From assembly GCF_006345805.1 (NCBI RefSeq), contig NC_043001.1:7998001-8062000 (forward strand): 64,000 nucleotides of DNA. The letters run 5' to 3'. The position numbers were made by a program, and so were the translations under genes. Position 1 is the stretch's first letter, and every line of letters begins with the position of its first letter. Shown piece after piece: positions 11,441 through 24,691 of the stretch. The stretch is from Octopus sinensis (lineage: Eukaryota). The notes below the pieces were generated by a model. That model did not search any database, was not told the origin of the DNA, and worked only from the letters and a program-made list of their open reading frames with translations.

Positions 11441-13155
11441 ATATACCATTACTTGTACATAATTCACATTTTAGAAACAACTACACGACGACGAACGTCT
11501 ACATGCAGACAAATACACGCGCATAGATCCAGGCGCGCACACGTAGCATATGCATTCTTCGTTATGAAAATAAATAATGTAAAATAACGGAACACATATC
11601 ACTTGTAATTATATTTATTTTACCTGATGCAATCACTAAATTCATTAAGCCTCTCGAATGCTCAATCAAAGATTCAGCTGTGCTGAAATATGGTTTTCTA
11701 TTCTCTCTCTCTTTCCTTTCGAGAATTATTATATGATATGTGTGTATACATAGGACAGAAGGTGTTATTTGTAGTTAGTGAGAGAAACTAAGCAGAAGTG
11801 AGAGCGACAGAAATTCAATCTGGAAAGAAGAAACATATTTGCTGAGAAGCTAGGAGATGCATGTTTATATGCATTTGTGTCACATGTAATTCTATCCAGC
11901 CAGCAATATATTTGGATTCGCGTATCATAATCGTAAATAACTAAATGCTCGAGAATTGTATTGAAAAATTGATTTGGATCCGGAACTGCATACTTTTACC
12001 TCAAACGATTCATTCCCTTGCATATTTATTCCATCTTAAATAACTGATGAGAACATGTTCTCTTATTGCGTTGCATATTTCGTAAGGTATCTTTGAATAA
12101 ACTACAGTTGTTCTAATATAAATCCCAAAGAACGGAAGTAATATATCACTGCTTACTAGGAAACACATTGTAACAAGTTGAACGTTTCTTTTTATTATTC
12201 TATGTAATGCATCGAGGTTAAATCTCAAGAAACACACTCTATACAAAATCTGTAATACTCTATATGCAATAATAAGATAAGAAATGGCGCTGAACATTGT
12301 CGTCTTTTTCTCTTTAAATCCTACAGTGCGATCAATATAATTACAACTTCATGGGAGACAAAATGATTTTATTTTTTAATAATAAATAAGAATCCAATTT
12401 CGGTTACGACTGAAGATTTCGGCAAATGTGGTATTAAGTGCTTTCTTTGGTGAAGACGAAAAATGCTCAATTTGAATCGCACGTAGGTAATTACTGTTCT
12501 TTTAACGGAAGATAGCACTATATAACCTTAGTGTTAACTTTTATTAGTATTTGAATTATTCAGGATACGCTAGTGTAAGAAAGCTTCACCATAAGATTAT
12601 TAAACAGGTTCTGATTATGTACTATAACACAAATTATGGAGCGTTCCTTTTACAAAAGCCTTTTAACAAAACTTATTACAAATTTTGCGAATTTTTTCTT
12701 TTGAATGAGCGAAAACAATTGTTATAAATTTCAAACTGATTGATGCTATTTGTGAATATTATTACACACTCAATATTTGAGGGTCAATATCGACTTATAT
12801 GTTGTGTATCGTGACTATAAATATCTCTTGTTGCGACTCTTGTATTCTTTTTCCTTTTAAAGTTCTGATGATTTCACTTGAGACAGAAATGCAAAACTGT
12901 AATTATGTTCAGCCAATGAAATGATTAGTTATACCAGATTTATCAATACAAGCCCGTGTCACAGCATTGCGATGTTCGTCTACCTTTATTTTCAGCCAAT
13001 AAGCTGATCCACCAAAAGAGTTGACTTAACCTTTCTTGAAGCAGAAAAAACAGCAGCAGATCGAGAATTTATTATCTATGTAAAACATTATTTGTCCGTC
13101 TGATCTACATTAATTAGTCCAATTCCGTTTCACCAACTGCAAATAAATATATTAT

Positions 13156-13360
13156 TACTCTCTTTTACTCTTTTACTTGTTTCAGTCATTTGACTGCGGC
13201 CATGCTGGAGCACCGCCTTTAGTCGAGCAAATCGACCCCGGGACTTATTCTTTGTAAGCTCAGTGCTTATTTTATCGGTCTCTTTTGCCAAACCGCTAAG
13301 TGACGGGGACGTAAACACACCAGCATCGGTTGTCAAGCAATGCTAAGGGGACAAACACGG

Positions 13361-13391
<31 letters not shown>

Positions 13392-13549
13392 CATATATAC
13401 GACAGGCTTCTTTCAGTTTCCGTCTACCAAATCCAATCACAAGGCATTGGTCGGCCCGGGGCTATAGCAGAAGACACTTGCCCAAGATGCCACGCAGTGG
13501 GACTGAACCCAGAACCATGTGGTTGGTTAGCAAGCTACTTACCACACAG
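13156..13549 (-). mobile_element. SINE family A copy
   Basis: Reverse-complement homology to 6445-6939 over head, internal repeat and tail. Confidence 0.9.
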
Positions 13550-14360
13550 TTAAATATGTAGCAGTTCTTTCTGTTCCCGACTGCAGAGAGTAAACGCCAG
13601 TTGTTGGATTCTTGACATCTATTCAAAACAGAAAAAAAAAACTGTCTGCATCTTTTCTCTTGATTTCACTTTAGTACTTTCTCTTAATGGATGTCAGGCT
13701 CGGAAAAGGACTGATTTGTGACTTTACTGTTTCTATGTGTGTATCGGAGGCGGCCTGACCGCCTGCGCGTGTGTTCTACAAAATGACGTTTATTACAATT
13801 GGGAAATGGCAAATTAAAAGAATCAAAGATAAGTCTGCAGAGGACAAGTTTGTAATGAACAACTTTTTCTTCATACGTTTCCTGAAGAACCAGACATATC
13901 ACAAAATATCGATATACCAGATAATAGTACAAACCATCGACCTGTACTTTCAATTTTTAATTAGAATTGTTTTTGCTTTAAAAAAAAAATTACAACTTTC
14001 AGGAATCTCTTTTAGTGGTGTTTTTTTTATTTAAATTGTAATATCATTTTCAGTTATCCACACATCGCTTATATCGATTTTCTATATTTCACTTAAAATA
14101 ATACAAGCGTAGACTGCCATTACATCGAATTTGATGGATTGTCGCCCATCTCTATTGTCAGGTTATATTGTAATTGTAAACACCATATCAATCATATACT
14201 ATTGAAATTAATAAATTATAAAAACTGGAGTTACGATATGCTACAGTAGATATCATTCTAGTAAATAAAATCAACATTTGCACGTAACACATGAAATAGT
14301 TTTCTTAATAATATTGAAACACAAAAAAAATCGTGTTCATTATGCAAAACAAATTATGGT

Positions 14361-14401
<41 letters not shown>

Positions 14402-15156
14402 TCGGTCTTTATAAATTTTGTGCAGGAAATTCATGAAGTGCATTCTATCCGCATGATCAGGAAGCTGTTTAGTGTGAGTGTGTGTATGTGTAGCGGGGTT
14501 AAATTGGAATAAGTAACAATAACGGAGAGATATCGATCACAAGTGTGTTGAAACTTCTGAGAAAGATGTTTGGAATGTAGCCTATAAGATGCTCCGACGT
14601 TTTAATTTCACGTAATCATGCAAAACACTTCATATCTTGGGAACTTAACGATTCATATCCTAGCGATTGATATGTGAGATACGTAGAAACTGATAGCAAG
14701 TTGACTAAACTACAACTCAAATTATCTATTAGTGCGCTTGTCCTCCATCTTTGCATGAAATCATTTTATTTAGAAAGTGAAACACAATTAATGAATTATA
14801 TGATATAAACAATTTCAGTGAATTTTGAGGAAGTATATCGCAGTGTATATGATGTTTTTAGTGTTCTAACTACGATGAGGAATAAAAGAATAGATGCATG
14901 CAAGTGAATAAGTTTGTATTAAAGTTCTGGATTGTGCGTCTTTCTTAGTGCATTGTTATGCATATAACTTGATGTATGAAAGCATGCATGACTAGCAGTC
15001 AATTAACAATTTTGTTTCCTTTTCAGTTATTTTCTATATGTACGTGAAATTGAAATGGCAAACTCCCAGCATCGAATTGCTACCTATCGAAGCAAATCCT
15101 ATTATAAATGACGGAGCACAAGAGGAGCAATGTAAAATTTGTGACAAAGAATATTT

Positions 15157-16457
15157 TATTGGGTCGAGAAAAAATTCTTAAGTGTTCTTTTTGCAAATTT
15201 ATTCTAAGCAAAAAACTACAACAAATGTATGAATGATATACACTCAGTCGTTGTTTACGACTTCCTTCCGTCGTTCAATATGTTTTTCGATGCCTCGGAG
15301 ATAGAAATCTGCTGGTCTTGACTCAAATAATTCGCCCAACCAAACCCTCAATTCCACGTCATTATTGAAACATACATCACACAATGCGTTCGAAAACGGT
15401 CGAAGGAGATGAAATTCCGAAGGCGCTAAGCCTCGAGAGTATGGAGGGCGAGGTAGCACTTCCCATTCGAGTCTTTGAATCGCGGGTTTGGTCATTTTGG
15501 CAATATGAGGACGGGCTTTGCAGAAGAACGCCATTTCGCTTATACCGTTTTTTTGTTTCTTTTTGCTAAATTGCTCCGTTGAGTCGATGCAGGAGTTGAA
15601 CGTAGAACTGCGCATTGATTGTTTAGCTGCGCTCCAGCAGTTTGTAACAATAGTAAGCCTTCCTTGTCCCACAATATACACATCATGCTCTTTCGAGTAT
15701 AAAGATTTTGTTTTGTTCACAGAGTCGCTTGTTTGTCAGGTCTGTGCCATTCTTTTCGCTGCTTGATATTGACGTAAATACACCATTTTTTGTTCGCCAT
15801 TAAAAACGCGGTAAAGAAAAACTGTTTGTAACAATGTTTTGAGCGATGTCGAGAGAACAACCTGGTAGCAATTGTGGGGCGTTGATTTTAATTGTTTTCG
15901 CTCAAAGGGTGTGGCACCCTAGCGTTAAGTTTCTGAAACATGTCCTTGAAGTGAAGGTGGTTCGCCACTGTTTTGTTATCACAAGCCATCTGCTCCGCCA
16001 AATCTCTAGTTGTTTGACGTGCATTTTCGTGTAGAAGTTCATTCAATCGCTCTTCATCGAACTCAATTGTCCGTCCGGTGTGTAGTCCATCTATGATGTC
16101 GAAATTGACATTTTTGAAGCGGTGGACGGTACTTTGAAGCCTTGCTCCTTCTTCAAACACAACACAAATATTACGACCAGCTTCGACAGCCTTAGCAATC
16201 TTTTATATATTTTATTAGCGTAAAATCTACTGGCTTCGACGAAAAATAAATGTTATCTAGTTGCTTTTTAACTCCATCTAAATTTTAAAATTGTTTTTTC
16301 TTTCTTGAAATGTGTTCTGTACAGACAAAACAAGTGGTTGACGTATAGCGCAATATATGGAAAATATGGTTGATGGGTTAAGAGATCCTAGCGAAAGATA
16401 AATGTTGTCTCGTTGAAACACAACTCCTTCCCTCTTGCGAATCTCCGACCTCAATTA
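15157..16457 (-). mobile_element. Decayed mariner (DD34D) transposon, about 1.3 kb
   Basis: Minus-strand fragments: FKNVNFDIIDGLHTGRTIEFDEERLNELLHENARQTTRDLAEQM (HTH), ARVPHPLSE (WVPHEL motif), FLYRVFNGEQKWCIYVN (TGDEKW), KARPHIAKMTK and LPRPPYSRGLAPSEFHLLR (YSPDLAPSDF). The catalytic Asp motifs are mutated. Ends rest on a weak TIR match (tattgggtcgaga at 15157 / tctccgacctcaatta at 16442-16457) and are uncertain. Confidence 0.85.
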
Positions 16458-17972
16458 GCCAGCTGAACACAGTATATATCAGAATTAATTGTCTGGTTTT
16501 GTGTGAGGAGATCATAATAGATAATTACTTCATGATTCCACCAAACACAAAGCATATCTTATTTAGCATAAAAATTCGTCTTTGGTTGCTGTTTTCGGGG
16601 CTCCTTACACTAACTCCACGATCTGTTACCCTCAACGTATTCATACACATTCCATTTATCATTTCCATTCACGAGCTGTTTCAAAAAAGGTATGTTTCCA
16701 TCCCTTTACAAAAATATATCACAAAAGAATTACGGGTCCAAGTAATTATTTTCTGAGTGTTTGCGAGCGACCTATAAATTATTGCGAGATATGTATCTTA
16801 GCGTTCCTAGGTGTTCAAGAGCCGTACTTTTAGAATCTCCAACACCACTTCAAGCTCTCCAGTCGAGATATTTGTACTTTACTAGATTTTGCTTTCAAAA
16901 CAACTTCATCCAATTAAGACGAGGACAAATATCCGTCAAATGTAAATATTGTAAATATTATATAAATTACATTATAGATGTTTTCGATCTAATTTTGATT
17001 CTTTGCCACCATAAACGAATGATTCTTTTTCTATTATCTCCCCTTGTTCTGGAGCATCTTTTGGTAGAAGCTATCGCAGTGTTCATGAGTAAATTCATCA
17101 ATATTTTAAGATATCAATTGGTGGGCTCTACTGGACGAGTTAGACAAGATAGACATGTATTTCCTTACGGCTGATGTAGTTTAACTCTCTTTTTTTTCAA
17201 GGCTTGAGCACCAATCGAAAAATTCAAATTTGATTGCAAAGAATTAAAATTTGATGGTAAGGAATCCAAACTAGATCGAAAACATCAATATTTTAATGAA
17301 AATTATCAGTGTTACATCCATTCTGGATTTTGTTTCAGAGCATTCGACCGAAGTCGATTTTTGTAATCTTGTGTTGTCTTTTATTTGAGAATATGTACGA
17401 AATCGATAAGAGAAATTTCTAAGATAAAAAGCACATATCGGCAGCTTGTTTTTTTAAATAGAGTTTTCCTGGCATTTGTTGCATGACTTCTGCTGTTACT
17501 CTTAAAGGTAAATTACGTGTAAGTAATAAGCTTTCGACAAAGAGGTCTGAAATAAATGATTAAATATATAAATAAATAAGTGTTTGAGATGGCTCGAAAA
17601 TATTTCCCATGTGTAGTTGATGTCTGAACGCTAATTCAAAATCATTTATTAAAATATTTCATTATAAACAAAGAAAAATACAATTTATCAATAATTAATG
17701 TCTGACAGATTCGTAATTTCTTTGAAATTCACATGTCAGAGTAAGATTTTATTTGTTTTATTGCGGAGCTGTACAAGTGGAGAAAATTAAGTATTTAGAG
17801 GTGACGGTTCATTAATTCGTGGTCGGAAGTTATTCAATGCCAACATCTCTTGAGGAAAATACTTATTTATCAATATTAATTCTTAATTACTTTCCACTTA
17901 TGTAATATATACATATATATATATATGTGTGTCTGTGTCTGTGTGTGTTTGTGTGTGCGTGTGCATATATAC

Positions 17973-18007
<35 letters not shown>

Positions 18008-18795
18008 CAGTGTATATGTAGAAATACATGTGTATATGTAGAAAGATTGGTATAATTTTCGGCAGATAGCTTCACAGAAATATATAGAAAGAACCATTCC
18101 TGTCGTGTGTATATTTTACGGAAGCACTTACAGATATATGTATTCGGTAAAATTCCTTTGCGAATCTTAAACCACACATAGGTGAAGACACTTACCTTTT
18201 AATTGTATTATCGAAACAATAAAGTACTGAATGTTTTGAATTTTACCAGCATTATGCGTGACATTCGTTTCTACGGGAGGAGAAAAGGCGACCCCGAAGA
18301 CAATTGTTTAGGAATATTTACGATTTGGTGTTTGCGCATGAAGTTTATGAAAAAATTAATAGCGTTTTACCTCGTGTATTGTGACATTTAAATAAATATA
18401 TAGACATACACACACACGCACCCCCCCTACACACATATATACACAGTATACATTTAAACTCATAAGAGGTATCCTTCATAGGATTCCTGACTTTCTTAGC
18501 AAATGAAATGATTCGCCTAGCAAATTATTTTATTTGCTAAAAAAGTCAGAAACCGTGGTCCAGGAAATAGATGGTAAATGTTTTTATTTTTCATTTCATT
18601 CGAGTTTTTATCCGTAAGAGTAATGTAGACTTTAGCTGCCCCTTCTAGCGTAAAAGGAATCTTATGAACGATACCTCTTATGTGTTTAAATGTACACTGT
18701 ATTTATATAAATAATATATAGTCTATTGACTAATTTTTCTACACACTAGGCCAGAGATAGTAAAAATTTCTAAAATCTTTATTAACCTGATATTA

Positions 18796-18835
<40 letters not shown>

Positions 18836-18871
18836 CATATATATATATATATATATAAACATATGTATATG

Positions 18872-18935
<64 letters not shown>

Positions 18936-19019
18936 AACACAGTTAGTGGTTATAGTAACAACTAAGGGATAGAATATCTGTATATACTATCGGTATCCGT
19001 TACCACACAGTACCGGGAT

Positions 19020-19170
19020 CTGTCCTATTGCGTGGTAACTTAGGAAAGTGGCGTTTGCTATAGCCCATGGATTGCCAAATCAGTCTAAGTGGATTTGGTA
19101 CAGCAGAAACTGATAGAAAACCCATCATGACCGCAGTCTAATAACTGAAACAAATAAAAGTCATGATACA
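19020..19170 (+). mobile_element. Decayed SINE family A remnant
   Basis: ttgcgtggtaacttaggaaagtggcgtttgctatagccc...ggatttggtacagcagaaactga...ccgcagtctaataactgaaacaaataaaag. Confidence 0.55.
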
Positions 19171-20160
19171 AAAGACTGATGTAGACACAGGTGTGGCTGC
19201 ATGGTGATGAGCTTGCTTCTCAACCATAAATCCATTCAGAGGTCGATTTCTTTGACGAGAAAGCGGTACACCAGCATGGCCACGGTGGAGATGGCTGACA
19301 CACGTGAAAGAAAAAAATATATGATATCCTTATGAATTTCCAAAATATTGCTAAACATGTCCTATTAGGTATAGAAAGGAAAACCAAGATGGAGGCGATT
19401 TATTTCCACTCAATAAATAATATCCGAAGTACAAATCTGTGTTTTGCCAAAGAAGCACAATATTATTATTTAGAAAAGGTAACAGAATATTTCCTACCTA
19501 TTATTTGCTTCGACTGGAAACTTGTATGAAGGAAAATTATCCACATAAACAATTATAAGAAATGTTAATTATTCAATTTTTTTTTAATGTCATTTAAACA
19601 AAACTGATAAAATTAAAAGTCAAATACACAAATTATATTTATTTCGAATAATGCTTTTTTTTTTCGAATAATTGTTTTCGAACAATTGTTCTCGATCAAT
19701 TTTCATGATACGCAAAGAAAAGTTAAGACTCGTGGTTATAAGGGGCGAGAGATAGAATAAAGAGATTCAGCTGAAAGGGAGATTCTAAAATTGTAAAAGT
19801 AACTGAAACACAAAATGACTGTTATATTCTGGTGTCACATAAACGAAATAATGTATAATTCGTGATGTCACTACACTTCTGTTATTTGATAAATTCCAAC
19901 TTTCTGTCTTTCCCTTTTTCTCTCCGGGTATCTGAAAATAGTGTTTTGGAAATAGCAATCATTAATTCCCAACAAATATGCAAAGAGAATATATGTAGGT
20001 GTACTGTATGCACATGAATGTGCGTCTGCATATATATATGTATATGTATGTGTGTGTGTGTGTGCGTGGATGTTTATGTGTGTTTGTGTATGTGAGTGTG
20101 TGTATGTGTGTATATACATAATGCATACGCGAAGATAAAAATGAATATATATATATATAT

Positions 20161-20268
20161 TGGCCTGCTCGCTTAGCCAGCGGGGTGGCGTCATTTGATC
20201 GCTAAAACAATGCGAAGCGCATTGTGACCAGCGATGTGTAGCAACATCTGATAGCCTGGTTGGTCACA

Positions 20269-20272
<4 letters not shown>
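20161..20272 (+). mobile_element. SINE 3' fragment ending in (TA)n
   Basis: tggcctgctcgcttagccagcggggtggcgtc...catctgatagcctggttggtcacagtga(ta)n. Recalled as an alternative 3' end of family B; not verifiable in the window. Confidence 0.5.
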
Positions 20273-20319
<47 letters not shown>

Positions 20320-20330
20320 AGAGGGACAGA

Positions 20331-20371
<41 letters not shown>

Positions 20372-21416
20372 AGAAACAGAAATGGACCGATAGGGCAGAC
20401 GAAGGTTGTTTTATTCATAATGCGGTTTTGCTGTTTCACCGTTTTCCAGTGTTTAATCAAGCACACACACTTAAATAATCGATTTTGAATTTGTTACATA
20501 TGTTTTTTTTTTAAATAAGTGTTTACCTAAAAGCTATACCAAGGGACATCAATACTACAGTAGCTCCCGTTTACAAGCCTAAACGCACACTAACACAGTC
20601 ACAATGTGTGTGTGTGTGTGTGCGTGCTTATATGATTGTTTGTTATTTTGTTTATATTTTTATTGGGAGTTAGGGAACATCAACCTAAAGCACATCTCTA
20701 ATTGGCTAGACGGCATCACGCAGAGAAGACAGTGAAATAATCAATTATCCTTGCACGGAAGACATTTGATGAAATATCGTCACTGTTGTTAGGTAATCTG
20801 GGATGTCAGTTATATTGCGAAGTATCCGATGATAAATGGAAGCTTAAGAGTGGCAGAAAAGCATAACAAACAGAAGAATCTGTTTTCAAGTAGTTGCAAT
20901 TGTTTCATTAAGGGTATATTTTTTCCTTATTTTGAAGTAAGCAAAATACAATTAGATTACACAAGACATCGTTTTTATTACTCGGAAACTCATCAGGCAA
21001 ACATGAAGAACGGGTGGAGAATGAGCTGTTTATTTTGTGAGGGAAATAGAGGGAAAGACATAGCTAGAAAATGGTAGAAAGGGACCGAGAAAAGAGAGAA
21101 AAAGAGAATGAGTGAAAAAAATGAAAGAAATTGAGGAAATAAAAATTAGGCTGGGGAAGCAAAAAAAGAGGCCGAAGAGAACAAGAGAACAAGAGAAAAA
21201 GAGAACAAGAAGATGAAATGAGGGAATGAATAGATAAATTGAGCAAAGAGAGAGAAGAATGGAGATAAGCAAACATGTATTGTGAGGAACAGAGCGCATG
21301 TGGAAAGAGGAGGAGAGTAAGGGATTATAAAGAAGGAGATTGGGAGATGATTGCATTTTAGTTATCATGGACGCAAAGGGAAAGTAATTAGAATAGAAAA
21401 TATAAGCACAAATAAT

Positions 21417-21670
21417 GCGGCGAGTTGGCAGAAACGTTAGCACGCCGGGCGAAATGCTTAGCAGTATTTCGTCTGCCGTTACGTTCTGAGTTCAAATTCC
21501 GCCGAGGTCGACTTTGCCTTTCATCCTTTCGGGGTCGATAAATAAAGTACCAGTTACCCACTGGGGTCGATATAATCGATTTAATACCTATGTCTGTCCT
21601 TGTTTGTCCACTCTATGTTTATCCCCTTGTGGGTAGTAAAGAAATAGGCATTTCGTCTGCCGTTATGTTC
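21417..21670 (+). mobile_element. tRNA-derived SINE, family C
   Basis: gcggcgagttggcagaaacgttagcacgccgggcg...gagttcaaattcc (B-box)...cctttcggggtcgataaataaagtaccag. A homologous inverted copy is at 54074-54271. Confidence 0.85.
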
Positions 21671-22832
21671 ACCTATTAAAAGTGAATTTGGTACATGGAA
21701 AAACGAAAAAGGCCAGTCGATATATCATAATATCAAAAATGTTTTCTTGCGGAATTCCTGAAGTAGATCCAACGGAAATATATGCGGATGACACCAGGTA
21801 GCCCAAACTTTGCCAGTGCTCTACTCAACACTTTAAAACACTAATCGTCATATACCCATTTGTCCAAAATAGCAAGTATATATATATATGGTGTGTGTGT
21901 ATGTGAATGTGCGGGTGTGTGTGTGTGTGTTTGTGTGTCTATGTTTTTCGCCTACCGACTCTTGATAAACAGTGTTAGTGTATTTGCGTCCTTGTTACTG
22001 AATGGTTCGGCAAACAGACCTGTTGAATAATATCAGGCTTTGAAATGTATGTATAGCTGGCGTTTCGTCTGACTAAAATCATTTGAAGGACGTGTTCCAG
22101 CATGGCCACAGTCTAATGATTGAAACAAATTGAAGATAGAAGGTGGAATAATTGAAATCAAAGCGGTGGTATGCAGATGCAAAATCATACATTCACATCA
22201 AATCTCTTCAACTCGAATTCAGTTCTTCCATAGGCCATCACCCCTACATTGTACGAGACAATACAAAATGCAAAATCCATCCTGTTTAACAGATTGGCAT
22301 ATTAATTTAAAAATGAAAGGCATCTTTTGTCAACATAACCAGATTTTGACATGGAATAAAATATTTGCGCAGATTTTACAAAAGGATAAATAACATCTGA
22401 ATTTGAAATTATCTACCATTGCTCACCATGGAAGAAATCAATTCTCTAATTATTGAGAGGTTGCCGAGTGCGTACGCGTCTTTAAATATTAAAATTCTAT
22501 TAAATATTAATATTACTTCCTACTGGAGAGCATCAGGTGAAAACAACGTAAAAGCTGGAACACAATTTCATTGTTGTGTGAAATAGTTGGCAGGCAATTT
22601 ATTTAGGATTGAAACATTTTCTGACAGTATAATATTTCCAGATCCCATTATCACAGATAAAATATCGAATTTCAGAATCCTCTCCGGTTTCCTATTATCA
22701 AATATGAAAGGAACAAATATCGAAATTGAAATACACGTACATATATGCATATGCGTATATATAGTATGTATATACATGTATATATACATATATGTATGCG
22801 CGTTTGTATAGGTGTATTTGTATATATGAATA

Positions 22833-22870
<38 letters not shown>

Positions 22871-23305
22871 CACACATATACCTGACACATACACATACGC
22901 ATTCATACTAACATACATACATATATACATATGTGTGTATGCAACAATTATTTTTATTAAATGAACAAAGGGAGGATTTCGCTTGTATTTCAATTGCACG
23001 TCTTTTGTGAAAGAAAGTAGCGCCTCTTCGGTGTCTGAAGCACGGGAATAATATAAGAGCACCGAAGTTAATGACAGCCGATTTAATTATATTGTACTGA
23101 CGTCAGTAACACACTTACCACCAATAATTACCATTGCTTGTTTACTATTTTATGATGAAACTGCGTTGCCTTAGATCCAGCTGCTGGCGATTCGCAGCAG
23201 GAAAAACTAAATACTTAGAAATTGATTTAAAGTTATTGCTGAGCGTATAACACTCTACGGCACGAACAGAGAATTTATACATGCAACATGAAGACATATA
23301 TATAT

Positions 23306-23348
<43 letters not shown>

Positions 23349-23575
23349 AAAACACACGAGCATATATATTGTGTGTGGGTGTGTTTGGGTGTTTCACACT
23401 GCATTGGCCTTTGGCCTTGGTATATCATTTTATTTAGCTTGTATGTATATATATGTATGTATGTATATATATATATATATATATGTATATTTATATATAT
23501 ATATAAGATATATATATATAATATATATATGTATATATATATAAGTATATATAATATATATATAATATATATATG

Positions 23576-23625
<50 letters not shown>

Positions 23626-24036
23626 ATATATATGTATATATATATATATATATTACATATATATATATATATCGATACAATAATTGTTTCTTGTCAGGAA
23701 CAAAGAAAAGGTTTAATAGGACTGCAATAGAAGTGCTCTATTGGAAGAGACAAAAATATCAAACTAGAATCATTGAGCAAGCAAATACAAAGTCAACCGC
23801 ATGTTATTTCATAATTCGAACATTTAATTATAGAATAAACATATAACCCGCAAGATGGAACAAAATTCATATGTATAGCACGTAATAATAATAATATGGT
23901 ATGGTGCGAGAAAAATTCTTATCATTAAAACTTAGAATTAATATTCTAGCGATTCAAAGAGAATACATTTATAAAAGGACGTAGAAAGTAAAATATAATA
24001 TAGCAATATCTATATATACATATATATATATATATA

Positions 24037-24420
24037 CTAAGCAATTAAGTTTAGCAACGAATTGCCTTACCACACCACCGAATTAGAAATAGCAGTCAAA
24101 GAGATTATAGCTATTTCTTCTACTAAAAGGGAGATCACAGTAAAGGCACAGCATTTGAAAGGGAAACACAAACAGGTAAAAGAGAATGAATTAACGGCAA
24201 TCTGTCATACAGTTTTAAGTCACCTACGGACGTACGTTTCGAGATCAAGTCTTAGGAAAGCATAAGAATGAGATAACTCTACTTTACCCAGACTTCTTCT
24301 TTCATCAGCGCAGGATACTAACAATCATGAATGATTGAATATTGAATTTTGAGATACTAGAAGGCACCAACTCAACTCAGTATCAGAGCGAGCTAGAAGC
24401 CACAGCTAGTATCACCAATT
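24037..24420 (-). mobile_element. PLE 3' terminal segment (ORF-end remnant, hammerhead, pseudo-LTR tail) ending in (TA)n
   Basis: Contains the hammerhead motif followed (minus strand) by a tail ...gctatttctaattcggtggtgtggtaaggcaattcgttgctaaac...ttagtatata. The tail is homologous to both arms of the 42714-42942 hairpin. PLE assignment is inferred from the hammerhead type. Confidence 0.6.
24223..24314 (-). ncRNA. PLE-type hammerhead motif with long (about 60 nt) stem II
   Basis: Minus strand: ccuGCG-CUGAUGA-A-AGA..AAGUCU..//..AGACUU..UCU-C-GAAA-CG-UA-CGU. The core and GUA site are intact. Stem I is only 3 bp and the basal stem II pair is imperfect. Confidence 0.55.
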
Positions 24421-24519
24421 CAAAGTATGAATGAAAGCTTGTGTCACCAGTCCCTTCCCACCCGCGTGTAGCTAAGACAAAGTGCTGTGGTCATTTACTG
24501 GGATGAATATGTTATGAGT

Positions 24520-24652
24520 ACAATGAAGGGTGAAATTAATTAATTTGGAACAATTATCAATTACACCAAGTAGTCTGCGGCATGTAAAATGCCGAAGACT
24601 ACTTGGTGTAATTGATAATTGTTCCAAATTAATTAATTTCACCCTTCATTGT
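24520..24652. repeat. Hairpin, 64-bp arms, 5-nt loop, 1 mismatch
   Basis: Arms 24520-24583 and 24589-24652; loop gtaaa. Confidence 0.95.
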
Positions 24653-24660
24653 TATATATA

Positions 24661-24691
<31 letters not shown>

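Noticed and set aside
12860-12902. gttCTGATGAtttcacttgagacaGAAAtgcaaaac, hammerhead-like, near a 40-bp PLE fragment at about 12955-12995
   Set aside because: Stem II and the cleavage triplet are broken. It may be a decayed PLE ribozyme but is too degenerate to call.
21020-21400. Leu/Phe/Ser-rich 137-aa minus-strand ORF that looks like a membrane protein
   Set aside because: It is a purine-rich (GA) low-complexity tract; the composition is an artefact.
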